This document shows positions 26,998-41,582 of a stretch of 64,000 nt of DNA, in pieces. Source of the DNA: Eledone cirrhosa (taxonomy: Eukaryota). The first letter of the stretch is position 1; each line of letters starts with the position of its first letter. Below the pieces are notes generated by a model. That model saw only the letters and a program-made list of their open reading frames with translations, had not been told where the DNA came from and made no database searches. Position numbers and translations under genes: made by a program. The stretch lies in contig OZ024762.1 of the NCBI GenBank assembly GCA_964016885.1, positions 22,940,001 to 23,004,000 of the forward strand. The letters are read 5' to 3'.

Positions 26998-27135
26998 CAT
27001 ATCTATATCTATATATATATATATATGTATATACATACATATCTATCTCCCCATATATATGTATATATATATATATATATATACATACATATATATATAC
27101 ATACATATCTATCTATCTCTCTATATATATATATA
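26280..27135. repeat. Compound (TA)n/TACA/TATC microsatellite
   Basis: Direct reading. Confidence 0.95.
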
Positions 27136-27138
27136 ATG

Positions 27139-28075
27139 TAGGAGGTGAGTTTTATTGTAGTACAATAAAGCAATGCAGATATCGGATAAGAAGCACTCTA
27201 CAGTTTGTAGGACTGGAGTATACATAATATAAGATCAAAAGATGGTTAAAGGAGTTCCATGTATTTTATTATGCGCATTTCAAAAACAAACATCATCATG
27301 CAATAATATTTGTGTTTTCATCAGATAAAACAGGAGAACATGATATGAAGGCTAAAAAACACTTGTGGATAGTGCAGTAGTTTTAAATCAACATATGAAA
27401 AGTGGTTTTAGATTGATGTGTGATATTGGGAAAAATATTTTATTTAGAGAGGGGGAGGGTGGAAAGGATGAAAAAGGGGAGGAGATGAGAGGGAGAGATG
27501 GGTGATAGAGAGAAAGAGATAGTTTTTATAACTGAGAGGAGATATATTGTTTTACATAGAGAGGTTGAAAACCGTTGGAAGATAATGTATAAATTAAAAG
27601 AATTTGAAAATTAACGAAGGGAGGGGTGGGGTGGAAAGAATGAAAAAAGGGGAGGAGATGAGAGTGAAGGTGGACAGGGAGAGATGGGTGATAGAGAGAA
27701 AGAGATAGTTTTTATAACTGAGAAAAAGATATATTGTTTTACATAGAGAAGTTGAGAACCGTTGGAAGATAATGTATAAATTAAAGGAATTTGAAAATTA
27801 ACGAAGGGAATTCATGTATAAAGATAGAGAGAAAAAATAATAATTGTGGATGAATATTCTAACGTCAAAAAAAGTGTATGTTGATAAGTATTGTGGCAAT
27901 TTCAAAATTAACGAAGAGAAAAATTATTAAGGTTTGTGTGTAGAAGGATTTGAGAAAAATAATGTGAAGTTAAAGTTTGTATATTGAAGGAATTGATAAT
28001 ATATGCGAATAAAGAGTTAATATGTATTAAGAATGAGTTCGTTGATGGGGAGAAAAAAAAAATGGGGAGAAAAAA
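27139..28075 (-). mobile_element. Family B PLE 3' end with a hammerhead at 27262-27330 and an internal ~190-bp duplication
   Basis: 27139-27400 matches the 4338-4760 family; 27450-27620 is repeated at ~27625-27810. Confidence 0.65.
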
Positions 28076-28108
28076 ATGTATATATATATATATATGTATA
28101 TATATATG

Positions 28109-28166
<58 letters not shown>

Positions 28167-28274
28167 TATCTATATATATATGTATATATATACATACCTA
28201 TCTATATATATATATGTATATATATATATACATGTCTATTTATATATATATATATATATATACATACATATCTA

Positions 28275-28324
<50 letters not shown>

Positions 28325-28349
28325 CATATATATATACATACATATCTAT

Positions 28350-28440
<91 letters not shown>

Positions 28441-28715
28441 CATATCTATCTATATATATATATATATGTGTGTGTACGGAAAAGATTGTTTTGGTAAAAA
28501 GAGGAGTAAACAGGGAAAAGCTCTCAACAACCGTTGCTTTAGTTACGATGGAGAATTTTATAAAAATAATAAAATAAGATGCTGAGGTACATATATCGTT
28601 GAATCACGATATATGTAACCCCAGCATCTTATTTTATTATTTATATATATACATATCTATCTCTCTCTTTCTCTATATATATATATATATACATATATAT
28701 CTATATATATATATA

Positions 28716-28902
28716 GGGCGGTCAATTGCCAGTATCGGTAGAGGGTTGGACGCCATGCTTCTAGCATAGTTACGTCCCTTTACAGTCTGAGTTCAAATCC
28801 CTCCGAGGTTAACTTTGCCTTTCATCCTTACGAGGTCGATAAAATAAATCACCAGTAATGTACTGGGTAATTGCTGGCCTTGTGCCTAAAGTAGAAACAA
28901 TT
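28716..28902 (+). mobile_element. Major tRNA-derived SINE
   Basis: A/B boxes plus the conserved ctttgcctttcatcc body. Confidence 0.85.
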
Positions 28903-28945
28903 ATTTATATATATATATATATATATACACGTACGTTATTCTTAA

Positions 28946-29008
<63 letters not shown>

Positions 29009-29093
29009 GTACGTATCTATATATATATATTTATATATATATAAAATTTAAGAATAACATGGTTGGCAAAACAAACAAGGAAATTTATTTATA

Positions 29094-29174
29094 GTCTTAC
29101 AATTGTTTTCAATTGTACTGGAGAAGTAAAAATCATCTTACAATACATTTAAATTCAACCATTTCCTCAGAGAC
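29094..29174 (-). ncRNA. Hammerhead motif at the 3' end of the decayed PLE
   Basis: gtct-CTGAGGA-aatgg...caatt-GAAA(A)-CAATTG-TA-agac. Confidence 0.5.
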
Positions 29175-29193
29175 CAATAAGAAATATAAAATA

Positions 29194-29803
29194 TATGCGT
29201 AACGGTAAACTTAAAAATTCAAACTACTACATCATATATATTGTTAATGATAAATAAATAAAGGAAGGGAGACAGATGGAAATGAGAGAGAAAGACAGAA
29301 AGAAGGAGCTAAGATATAGTGAAAAGTATAACCGGCAATTTTACGAAATCAACCTATCGTATTAAAATACATATGATATTGATAATAATAAAGATATGCG
29401 TAACGGTAAACTTAAAAATTCAAACTACTACATCATATATATTGTTAATGATAAATAAATAAAGGAAGGGAGACAGATGGAAATGAGAGAGAACGACAGA
29501 AAGAAGGAGCTAAGATATAGTGAAAAGTATAACCGGCAATTTTACGAAATCAACCTATCGTATTAAAATACATATGATATTGATAATAATAAAGATATGC
29601 GTAACGGTAAACTTAAAAATTCAAACTACTACATCATATATATTGTTAATGATAAATAAATAAAGGAAGGGAGACAGATGGAAATGAGAGAGAAAGACAG
29701 AAAGAAGAAGCTAAGATGTAGTGAAAAGTATAACTGGCAATTTTACGAAATCAACCTATCGTATTAAAATACATATGATATTGATAATAATAAAGATATG
29801 CGT
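29194..29803. repeat. 3 x 201-bp tandem repeat in the PLE 3'UTR
   Basis: tatgcgta recurs at 29194, 29395, 29596, 29797. Confidence 0.9.
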
Positions 29804-30324
29804 AGAGAAGGAGAGAGGGAGGGGAATATATCTCAGGCCAGTAGGAAGGATAAGTAAGGAAGATGAGAAAGAGATAGAGGAAGATTGGGAGGGCTGAAGG
29901 AGTAGAGGGGATAGAAATTAATCAAGAATATGGGGAAGTGTAAGGTGAGAGAGAAGTGACAATATAGAAGAGAAAATTAATATACGGATATGTGGAATAG
30001 AGAGAAGAAGGAAATAAATACATGGATGAGTATACATTACTATGTAAAATAGCTAGTTTGAGATGTATTATATTATAAGATAAAATGATCGAGAAAGGGT
30101 ATGTTTAAGTGTAGAGATATAAAGACGCATGGTGAAAGATGTATATATATAAGGTATTAAATAATGTAAATAAAAATAATAAATAAAAATAAAAATAACG
30201 ATGTTAATACAAATGTTTTTAGGTTATTCATACATAGTTGTGAAGTTTGTGGTAATTTGATATGGTAATAAGTTCCAGAAGTGTAAAAAAGGAATAAGGA
30301 GAAGAAAATGGATTTAAGTTGGTC

Positions 30325-31505
30325 TAAAGTTCAGGAACTTAGATGCTGATTTATGCCGGCAAAACATAGTTCACTCAATTCTACTGTTAAGAAGGGTTTT
30401 ACTAAAATTAAGAATTTGGAAGAGCTCCATATTACAGAGCCTACAATAGCACATACCAGTGTATTAGGCTTTAGCAGTTAATATTATTTTCCAGCTGATC
30501 TCATATTTAGTGCCTGCATTTTTGAGTTGCCATATTTTATTCGCGAGAGTTTTTGTATTTGATTGGTTTTTATTAATCATAGAATGTCTGTGCACATACC
30601 ACCGTTTTAGGAAAACATCAGCTGTGGAACCAATGTAGTACCATGCCAAATTATCTGAGTTGATAGTACATAAGTATACTACATTTTTCTCAAGGCATCT
30701 GTTTAGTAGAGGGCAATTGTCGGGTAAGTGGCAATTGCATAGAAATGCTTTCCTATGCGCCGGTTCTACTATGTGATTTTGAAGATTGTTATGTATGGGC
30801 TGCGAATTAGATTTGTTGGTGTATTGCAGTGTTGTACTTTGGCGTGTATTTGGGTGCGATGATGTAATATGTGTGTATACTGTATTTGGTGATATGGAAC
30901 TTATATGATTATGAATTCTTGTGTAGTTAAATTTGTGAATGTGCGATTCTATATTGTTAGCAGTGGAGTATGATAGCTTTATAGTTTTTTTATTAAAGAT
31001 TTTATGATATTTATGTATTCTAGGGAAATGTTTGTCAAGTAATTTAAAGAAAGTAAGAGGAAGCTTAGTTTTAATAGAGGAGTTAAATATTGGATTAAAC
31101 CATAGGTTGTTTCTATTTCTAGATCTCCTATGTCTGCTAGTGGTACTAGTATTATCATTTTGCTTATTAAAATTAGGTATATGGTGCCTATTTATGCGTT
31201 TAAAAGTAGGTTTGTTGATTATATGGTTGTGGGAGGTGTCGTTAACATTAAGTGTGGTGTTAATTTTTGTATCAGGTATGTATTTGAGTCGTTCTTTGTG
31301 GCCTGCCTTAAGTAAAGCTAAGTTATAGTAGTTAGCGTGTTCATTAAAAATATTATGGTTAGAGGATAGTCGTGAGATTCTAAGGGATATACTATGCGCT
31401 ATGGAGTTAATTATAGATCTAGGATGGTTCGAGTTATAGTCAATGTAAGCTAAATTTTCATTATTCTTACGAAAGGGTTCTATAGTCCTGAGTTAAGGTT
31501 AAATG
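30325..31505 (-). pseudogene. Decayed, 5'-truncated Naiad-like PLE ORF (RT thumb + GIY-YIG)
   Basis: YNSNHPRS, WFNPIF, LLDKHFP..HKYHKIFN..TIKLSYS, CNC..CPL..CL, VVY..YIGST, CRLC, CRH; in-frame stops. Confidence 0.85.
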
Positions 31506-31527
31506 ATATATATATATATATATACAC

Positions 31528-31603
<76 letters not shown>

Positions 31604-31831
31604 GTATATATATATACACATATATATATATATACACATATGTATATATATATACACATATGTATATATATATATATACATATGTATATATATATATATA
31701 CATATGTATATATATATATATACACATATATGTATATATATACACATATATGTATATATATATATATATATACACATGTATATATATATATATATACACA
31801 TATGTATATATATATATACATATATATATAT

Positions 31832-31894
<63 letters not shown>

Positions 31895-31935
31895 CATATC
31901 TATTATATATATAAATATAGACATACATATCTATC

Positions 31936-31966
<31 letters not shown>

Positions 31967-32012
31967 ACACATACATATTTATCTATGTGTATGGGTATTT
32001 ATATATATATGC

Positions 32013-32051
<39 letters not shown>

Positions 32052-32419
32052 AATGATTTCAAAATTGAGTTCCAACTATTTCGAGGTAAAAGACACAGTA
32101 AATTCTGTCCAAACACAGTTTCTTTACCAATTCTATTGTTATGTGCCCCATTTCACAACACCTGCTAATGAACGCTAGCTTGATACAGTACATTGTTATT
32201 TTAGATGTCTCTACATTAGTGTCTAATATGACAATGAAATGCTAACTAACATATGTCGCCTAGTGTATGGACTTACCGTTGCTCACACATATACTCACGT
32301 TCATACACATACTCCCATTCACACACACACACACATACATATATGAGAGAGACAGAGAGAGAGAGATAGAGAGATAGAGATTATAAATAGTTACAAATAT
32401 AAATATATAGACACACGCA

Positions 32420-32470
<51 letters not shown>

Positions 32471-32517
32471 GCATGTATCTATATATATGTACATATTTAT
32501 ATATATATATATGTACA

Positions 32518-32557
<40 letters not shown>

Positions 32558-32677
32558 TATACATGTATTTATATATATGTAGATATTTATATATATATAT
32601 ATGTACATATTTATATATATATATGTACATATTTATATATATATATGTACATATTTATATATATATATGTACATATT

Positions 32678-32735
<58 letters not shown>

Positions 32736-32782
32736 ATGTACATATTTATATATATATATGTACATATTTATATATATATACA

Positions 32783-32843
<61 letters not shown>

Positions 32844-32880
32844 ATATGTACATATTTATATATATATATATGTACATATT

Positions 32881-32930
<50 letters not shown>
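31506..32930. repeat. Two interrupted (TA)n arrays (31506-32048, 32423-32930)
   Basis: Direct reading. Confidence 0.9.
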
Positions 32931-32932
<2 letters not shown>

Positions 32933-33235
32933 CGAGGGCAATCCCAAAAGTAAGGTTTCCTTGTGATATTGCAACATCCGATATTGCAACTTTTCCGTTA
33001 AAATCCTGTGGATGGTGCTTCGGAAAACCTCAGGAACCAAAATGCAGAGAGCATCCAGAGTGATCCGCCGATCTTTACGCATGTTTTCCTCGGAAGGAGA
33101 CCTTACTTTTGGGATTGCCCTGTATATAATAACTGCGCGAAATTCGCACTTGGCAGTAGCATTCAACGGGAGCCGTACGAACAGTTTCTCTGCGTTCCCA
33201 TCGCTTTGGAGACCTTACTTTTGGGATTACCCTCG
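32933..33235 (-). mobile_element. Mariner-derived MITE
   Basis: TIRs cgagggcaatcccaaaagtaagg / ccttacttttgggattaccctcg with TA flanks; internal transposase-like scraps [20 protein letters not shown]. Confidence 0.8.
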
Positions 33236-33271
33236 TACATGTATTTATATATATGTACATATTTATATATA

Positions 33272-34168
33272 TACTAGCAGTGGTACCCGGAGTTGCACGT
33301 GATAAGGTATTTTGGAACGCGGGCCGCCAACACACCTAAACGTGGATGAAAAACTGCATGCCTGGACAATATGTAAAGAAAATAAACCGAATAAACTGAT
33401 TGCTGGATAATCTTTAAGATTTTCCTCGATGAAACAGGAAAAATACAGGTTTTCACCTAATGCGGGCCCTAGGGGATCAAGTAAATGAATTTTTTTTATC
33501 TGCATAATATGCCTTGAAATTTCGGGAAAAATCGGCTAGACGTAACGCCTCCAAAAAGCCCTAAGAAGCTGAAAAAATGACGTTTTTCACCTAATCCGGG
33601 CCCTAGGCCATAAGAAACTTGAATTTTCTTTGCTCACCATATGAAGAAGAGATTGACTAATACATAATTACAATTTCAAGGAAATCGGTCTGACGTAACG
33701 CCTCAAAAAACTCCTAAAATCTGAAAAAATGCAGTTTTTCACCTAATGTGGGCCCAAGGAGATAAAAAAAAGTTGAATTATTTTATGTGCATAAGACTCC
33801 CTGAAACATAAGTAATACATATGTAAAGTTTGAAAAAAATCGGTTAGGTACTTCTCAAGTTTTAGGGATTCAAACTCACAGACACGCACACAAACATACA
33901 GACATCCTCAGGGAAGTGACGTAATGCAGACAGACAGATATTATATATACGGGCACGAGAGGTTATATGTATGTATCTATCTAAAAAGAGAAAGACTAAG
34001 AATTATAGAGCGAGATCGCTAAATCGTCTAATGCGGCCCTAGGGCATCGAAAATTTGAAATGTTTTTGCTCAGAACACTCCCTGAAACATAAGTATTACA
34101 TGTGTAAAGTTTGAAAGAAGTCAGTTTGGTGGTTCTTGAATTTTAGGCACATCCTCAGTTTTATATAT
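33272..34168. mobile_element. Non-autonomous Helitron/Helentron-like element with ~140-150-bp internal subrepeats
   Basis: Terminus tACTAGcagtggtacccggagttgcacg; repeated ttttcacctaatgcgggcccta units; aaaatcggtt..cagacagac..tttatatat end. Confidence 0.55.
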
Positions 34169-34205
34169 ACAGATATGTACCTATACATGTATTTATATAT
34201 ACATG

Positions 34206-34240
<35 letters not shown>

Positions 34241-34319
34241 TTGTTTATATATATATGTACATATCCATGTATTTATATATATGTACATATATATATAATA
34301 TACAAATATATAATTTAAT

Positions 34320-34351
<32 letters not shown>

Positions 34352-34416
34352 ACATACATACACACACACACAACATATATATTATATTTGTGTGTGTGCG
34401 ACAGCCATATTACTAA

Positions 34417-34594
34417 TGGACAATTAGGTAGAGGGTTGGACGCCATGCTTTGACGCATAGAGTTACGTCCCTTTACGGTCTGAGTTCAAATCCCGCCGAG
34501 GTTAACTTTGCCTTTCATCCTTACGGAGTCGATAAAATAAAGTACCAGTAATGTAGTTTAATTGCTGGCCTTGTGCCAAAAATAGAAACAATTA
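34417..34594 (+). mobile_element. Major tRNA-derived SINE
   Basis: Conserved body. Confidence 0.8.
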
Positions 34595-34779
34595 TTAATG
34601 AACAATAGACATTCAGTCGATGTCAATTCACTCAGATGTCATATATAGAGATTGGTGATGTATTATTGAGCGGAAAAAATCACGTTTGCAGACTTTATAA
34701 AAACGAATTAAAATCTGGCTATTTACGATTAGCACCAATCTAGAGATAATTCTAGATTCGTGACCATATATGTATTATA

Positions 34780-35191
34780 ATTGCTTCTACTTCTTGGCAC
34801 AAGGGCAGCACTTAATACCGTGTATTACTGGTACTTTATTGTATCGACCCCGCAAGGATGTTAAACTTGTAAGGCAAAGTTAACCTAGGCAGGATTCGAA
34901 TTGTGATAGTAAAGGGCCGTAACTCTATGCTGCAAAGCATAACGTCCGACCCTCTATCGATACTACCAACCCACCGCCCTATAATAATAATACAATAGTA
35001 ATAATTGTTTCTAATTTTGGCACAAGGCGAGCAATTACCCAGTGTATTACTGGTACTTTATTTCATCGACGCCGTAAGGATGAAAGGCAACGTTAACCTT
35101 GGCGGAATTTGAACTCACACCGTAAAGGACCGTGACTCTACACTGCATAAAATGGCGTCCGACTCTCTACCGATACTACCAATCCACCGCC
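34780..35191 (-). mobile_element. Two tandem copies of the major SINE
   Basis: 34780-34980 and 35003-35191. Confidence 0.8.
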
Positions 35192-35404
35192 CGTGGATGT
35201 ATATATATATATATATATATATGTGTATATATATATATATATGTGTATATATGTATATATATATATGTGTATATATATATATATATGTATATATGTATAT
35301 ATATATATGTGTATATATATATATATATGTATATATGTATATATATATATGTGTATATAAGTATATATATATATGTGTATATAAATATATATATATATAT
35401 GTAT

Positions 35405-35698
35405 ATGTAAAGTTATATTTAAAATTGTTGGGTTACAACTAGTAAATATTTATAACTGATATAAAAGCACTCGACAAATATTTGGAGTATATTTACAATA
35501 TTAAATAAATGGAAAACTATATTTATAAAACCATATTTATTTCATTATATATATTTCGGGGATATCATATTAACAATATGCCATGCCTTCATCAGACAAA
35601 ATACAATATAAACAGTTTTATAGATAAATATATTCGACATACCGTAATAAACATCAACTTCATTTGGAGAGGTTTACGCTAGCAGTTTTATAAATATA

Positions 35699-35700
<2 letters not shown>
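35405..35700 (-). mobile_element. Solo pLTR of the intact PLE family with a hammerhead at 35533-35609
   Basis: Near-identical to 12140-12415; CTGATGA core. Confidence 0.8.
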
Positions 35701-35763
<63 letters not shown>

Positions 35764-35770
35764 ATATAAA

Positions 35771-35801
<31 letters not shown>

Positions 35802-35866
35802 ATATGTATATATGTATATATATATATGTATATATGTATATATATATATATATGTGTATATATATG

Positions 35867-35947
<81 letters not shown>

Positions 35948-36259
35948 TTATGTAAGCCGCTGTTTGTACTTTCAATAATTTCAACCTACTTTTTATATAT
36001 TCTGCCTCTGAGGGTTTTCTAATTCCCCCAGCGTCACTCTCGGCGCCACTCTCCGTACTGTCACCATCTTAACCCCACCTCTCATCACTGTCGCCATCTA
36101 CCCCCCCCCCTCCCTCTCAGCACAACCGCCATCTTGACACCCCCACTACATGAGCACTAATATTAACGACCAATATTATAAGACACAATTAAATCGAAAG
36201 TGTATACTCACTTGCCAACGTGTGGCTTTTGGCCAATGTTCAATATATATCAATATATA

Positions 36260-36939
36260 CACTTATGTTTATGTGTGTGTGTATATATGTGTATGTGTGT
36301 GTACATATGTGTGTGTGTATGTATATGTGTGTATGTGTGTGTATTTATATATGTGTGTGTGTATATGTGTATGTGCGTATATATATATATGTGTGTTTGT
36401 GAGTGTATATATCTGTGTGTGTATATAAGTGTATATATCTGTTTGTGTGTATGTGTATGTATATACGTGTGTGTGTGTTTGTATATATATATATATGTGT
36501 GTGTGTGTGTATATATATATGTGTGTATGTGCATATATATATGTGTGTGTGCATGTGCATGTATATATGTGGCAGTATGTGTATCTGTGTGTATGTGTGT
36601 ATATATATATATATATGTGTGTATATATGTGTGTATGTGTGTGTGTATATGTATATGCGTGTGTATATGTGTGTATTTATATATATATGTGTGTGTATAT
36701 ATATGTATGTGTGTATGTATATATGTGTGTGTATATAAATCTACATATACACATCTATATATATGTGTATATTTGTGTGTTTATGTACGTGTGCCTATCT
36801 GTTGGTATTTGTGAATGTTTGCTTATATAGGCACGTATGTTTGTGCGTACATATGTACAATATATACAATATATGTATATTAGTAAACATATATATATAT
36901 ATATGTATATATATGCGTATATATATGTATATATATATG

Positions 36940-36973
<34 letters not shown>

Positions 36974-37084
36974 TATACATATATACATATATACATATAT
37001 ATATATACGTATATATATATATATACATATACATCCATATATATACATACGTATATATATATACATACACATACATATATAAAC

Positions 37085-37171
<87 letters not shown>

Positions 37172-37322
37172 TATATACATATATATACATATATATATAG
37201 GAACGAGTAGCACCCCGACGGCTGAGCTCAAGCCGTTTCGACGGCTAATACTGGACTAAAATATACACATATATATATACATATATATATACATATATAC
37301 AGATATATATATATACATACAT

Positions 37323-37356
<34 letters not shown>

Positions 37357-37447
37357 TACAGATATATATATACATACATATATATATATATACATATATA
37401 TACATATGTACAGATATATATATACATACAAATATATACATATATAC

Positions 37448-37530
<83 letters not shown>
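36260..37530. repeat. (TG/TA)n compound microsatellite
   Basis: Direct reading. Confidence 0.9.
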
Positions 37531-37533
<3 letters not shown>

Positions 37534-37768
37534 TGTTATACTTTGGGAGGGTCATGTTGCCAATAAGAAACACACGCACCAGTTGTTTCACTTCAATTTA
37601 TTATATATTCATAAATTCATAAATTTATAAATTCATAAAATTAATTCATAAATAGATTTGTAAATTTATGAATTTATGAATTTATAAATATATAATAAAT
37701 TGAAGTGAAAGCAACTGGTGCGTGTGTTTCTTATTGGCAACATGACCCTCCCAAAGTATAACAATATC
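37531..37768. repeat. Inverted pair of a dispersed ~80-bp repeat embedded in (TA)n
   Basis: ttgttatactttgggagggtcatgttgccaataagaaacacacgcaccag; also at 48335, 54060, 60838. Confidence 0.7.
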
Positions 37769-37826
37769 GGTTTCAACACACGATTTCAGATAAAGAATCT
37801 TGCTAAACAAATTCAGAAACGACATA

Positions 37827-37858
<32 letters not shown>

Positions 37859-37859
37859 C

Positions 37860-37895
<36 letters not shown>

Positions 37896-38716
37896 TGGGA
37901 ACGATAAATATGAGGAGGTGGAGGACGCAGTTGGGTGTCTGGGACTGCCTTCCATGTATACCGTCTATATGCATCATAGACCTGAAAACCTAATCTTTGA
38001 ATTAAGTATGATTTCTTATTCCACGTGTATAGGTTTTGGGATAAATTTATTTTATTTTCGTTCTTATAATATTCCATGAAATACAGCAATGTGATGGTAA
38101 CGACTTCTTGCAATATTGCCAAAACAGTTCAAAGAACGGTTTGCCTAGTTTTAGGAGTGCGTACTTGTACTCTTGTACTCGATCGGCTGTGGGTTATTAT
38201 CACACATGAAATGGCTACCAGCCAAATCGCCTGTAATATTTGAGGGCGAATATTGGAAAGTTTGTCGTTCGTTTTACGTAGAATTTTACTTGTAAATAAC
38301 ATAGTAACTTCCCATGTCAAATAACTGTTTATGCATGTATTTCTGTAATTAGTTGTGTGTGTTTGTGTGTGTTTATGTGTGTGGTGTGTGTGTGAGCGTA
38401 TGTGTGTGTTTATGTGTGTGGTCTGTGTGTTTATATATTTGTGAGCGTATGTGTGTTTGTGTATGTTTATGAGCGTATGTGTGTGTGTATGTGTGTATAT
38501 GTGTGTGTGTTTGTGTGCACGAGTGTATGTATTTATGTTTATACATTTTTGGTGTTTGTGTGTATTATTTTACTGTGTTTTCCTTATTTGTTTATATATG
38601 TATATCTATGTATATATATGTGTGTGTGTGTGTGTGTGTAAAATGTAAACAGAAATACAATACAATCGGTACAGTATATGGAAGAGATATATTAGGTTAT
38701 AATAGCAGGAAGAGGG

Positions 38717-38752
38717 TCTTAACGTTTCGGACGCCAGTCCTTCATCAGAAGA
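38717..38752 (-). ncRNA. Minimal hammerhead ribozyme (family F)
   Basis: tctt-CTGATGA-a-GGAC-tggc-GTCC-GAAA-cg-TT-aaga; host repeat 38655-38810 is the inverse of 58720-58860. Confidence 0.8.
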
Positions 38753-39038
38753 AAGAATGAGAAATAAGATAGATTGAGGAGACGGGCGGATTGGAATTGG
38801 AAAATAAGTCTTTAGATAAAAATATATATATTTGTGTGTGTCTTTCTACACACACACACAGACGCACACACACACATACCTATGTATATGTATACATATA
38901 TATATAAGCTTCGACATGGAGAGACGTGTGTGGGTTTAATACATGCATACATATATATATATACGCAAACACAAACGTATGTTTTTACCTATGTAAACAG
39001 ATACAAACGAAAGAGTATATATATATATATATATATAT

Positions 39039-39399
39039 CAGGGGCGAAGTGTCCGTGCATGCGTTATAGAATCTTGAGTTGATCAATTGTTTCGGTTGAA
39101 GCGAGCAGAATTTTGGCTGCCTGCTAAATCGTAGACACATAAAAAGATAACACACACACACACACACACAAACCAACGATAGCGTCGGTTGACGCAGGCA
39201 GAATTATGGCTGCTTGCTAAATCGTAGACACATAAATAGATAATACACAGACACACACACTAGATAACCCTACATGGGGTTTTGACCAGGAGGGTCATTT
39301 AGAGGGAATTGGGGGGGGAGGGGGGAGGCTACACAGCCCTACTTTCCGCCATGGCGATTGGACTGCATGCCCTGCTTTCCAGGTTACCATTCGCCACTG
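39039..39399. mobile_element. Putative MITE (hAT-like termini) in (TA)n
   Basis: CAGGGGCGAA ... TTCGCCACTG imperfect TIRs. Confidence 0.45.
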
Positions 39400-39623
39400 A
39401 TATATATATATATATATATATATAAGTTAAAACAATGAAATAAAAAATCAAGAGATATACTTCACTGCTTTACGATCGTTTCTAGGTGATGATAATACAT
39501 TGTAGCTATACTCCGTTATTGATGTATGTAAAGTTAGTTATAAAATATCAGATAAAGAGAATATTTACTTACATGCATATCACCAGCTGTTTTTAAAAGC
39601 AAGATCAGAACTTACTGTGGATA

Positions 39624-39659
<36 letters not shown>

Positions 39660-39660
<1 letters not shown>

Positions 39661-39858
39661 GATATATTAACAAATGGAAAATATATTTATAAAACCATAT
39701 TTATTTCATTATACATATTTCGAAATAAATATGGTTTTATAAATATAGTTTCCATTTGTTAATATATCGTATTTTTACTCCAATAATTTGTTGAATGCTT
39801 TATATCAGTTATAAAAATATTGCTTGTTATATCCCAACAAATTAAATATTACTTCTAC

Positions 39859-39862
<4 letters not shown>
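39660..39862. mobile_element. Family A pLTR 3' ends in inverted orientation, truncated at the hammerhead GAAA
   Basis: aacaaatggaaaatatatttataaaaccat..tttc/gaaataaatatggttttataaatatagtttcc. Confidence 0.6.
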
Positions 39863-39929
<67 letters not shown>

Positions 39930-40069
39930 CAGCTACTTAAATTAGATTGTCCATATATATGTACTATCCCTAACGTCTCTTTGTTGGTGCATGTTTCTTC
40001 ATTAGATTTAGATAGAATTTATCTGAAGTATATATCATATAACCTGTATATATATATATAAAGTATATC

Positions 40070-40300
40070 TATAAAAGAATTTCTCTGAAGAATATAATAT
40101 ATAACATGTCTATATATATATAAAAGAATTTCCCTGAAGAATATAATATATAACATGTCTATATATATATATATAAAAGAATTTCTCTGAAGAATATGAT
40201 ATACAGCATGTTGTATATATATAAAATAATTTCCCTGAAAAATATAATAGATAGCATGTATATATATATAAAATATTTTCTCTAAAGAATATAATATATA

Positions 40301-40398
<98 letters not shown>

Positions 40399-40531
40399 TA
40401 TTTCTCTGAAAATATAATATATAACATGTATATATATATAAAATAATTTCTCTGAAAAATATAATATATAACAAGTATGTATGAAATAATTTCTCTGAAG
40501 AATATAATATATATATATATATATATATAAC

Positions 40532-40593
<62 letters not shown>

Positions 40594-40612
40594 GAAATAA
40601 TTTCACTGAAGA

Positions 40613-40646
<34 letters not shown>

Positions 40647-40705
40647 ACGTATATATATATATATATATGAAAGAATTTCTCTGAAGAATATAATATATAG
40701 AATGT
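40070..40705. repeat. Minisatellite: tttctctgaagaatataat units spaced by variable (TA)n
   Basis: About 10 copies. Confidence 0.8.
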
Positions 40706-41161
40706 ATATATAAACTAAAAAAGCAAATATAGATGTGTGTATAATTGTTGATGGCATGAAGAAATGTCGAAAGAATGTTAATAGAAAAGCAACGAAACGA
40801 AATCAACAAATGAAGTAGACGTATACATAAATATACACACTCTTGTACAATGATAAATATCTACACACATACACACACATACACACACATATGTACACAC
40901 ATACACACACACAGACATATATATATACATAATGCACACACACATATACAGAGAGCGTTCAAGAACAAACAAGAGAATGAGATATAAAAAGTGTCTTATT
41001 AATTTATATATAGATATGTATGTAGTGTCTATATGTATGTGCATGCATGTATATATTTGTACATGTATGTATATATGTATGAGTTTATATATATACTGAG
41101 ATAGAGATGCGTGTGGGTGTAATATATATATATATATATATATATACTTCAGTTATTGTTG

Positions 41162-41194
<33 letters not shown>

Positions 41195-41582
41195 ATGTAT
41201 ATGTATATTTGTATGTATGTATATATATATGTATATATATATAGAGAGAAAGAGAGATAGAGATGCGTGTGGGTGTAAAATATATATGTATGTATATATA
41301 TATATATACACACACACACATACATACACAATGTATATATATAGAAGTCATTTGTATGTATATTATATGTATATTATATATATATATATATATTCTATAT
41401 AAAACAACTCTCATTTATGTACACACGATTTGTCACTATATATATATATATATATATATATACACCTACACACTTATAAACACACCACAACATAATTTGA
41501 AAAAAAATTACATATACAGCGAAAATTCTGCTTTAATTCTAAAATTCTTTCATGCTATTAATATCAAAGAAGGAATTCATGT

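Noticed and set aside
37895-38330. Possible LINE coding remnant
   Set aside because: No motif I can recognise
39080-39140. Hammerhead-like motif on the minus strand (CTACGA...GAAACAATTG)
   Set aside because: Core lacks a G and stem I does not pair
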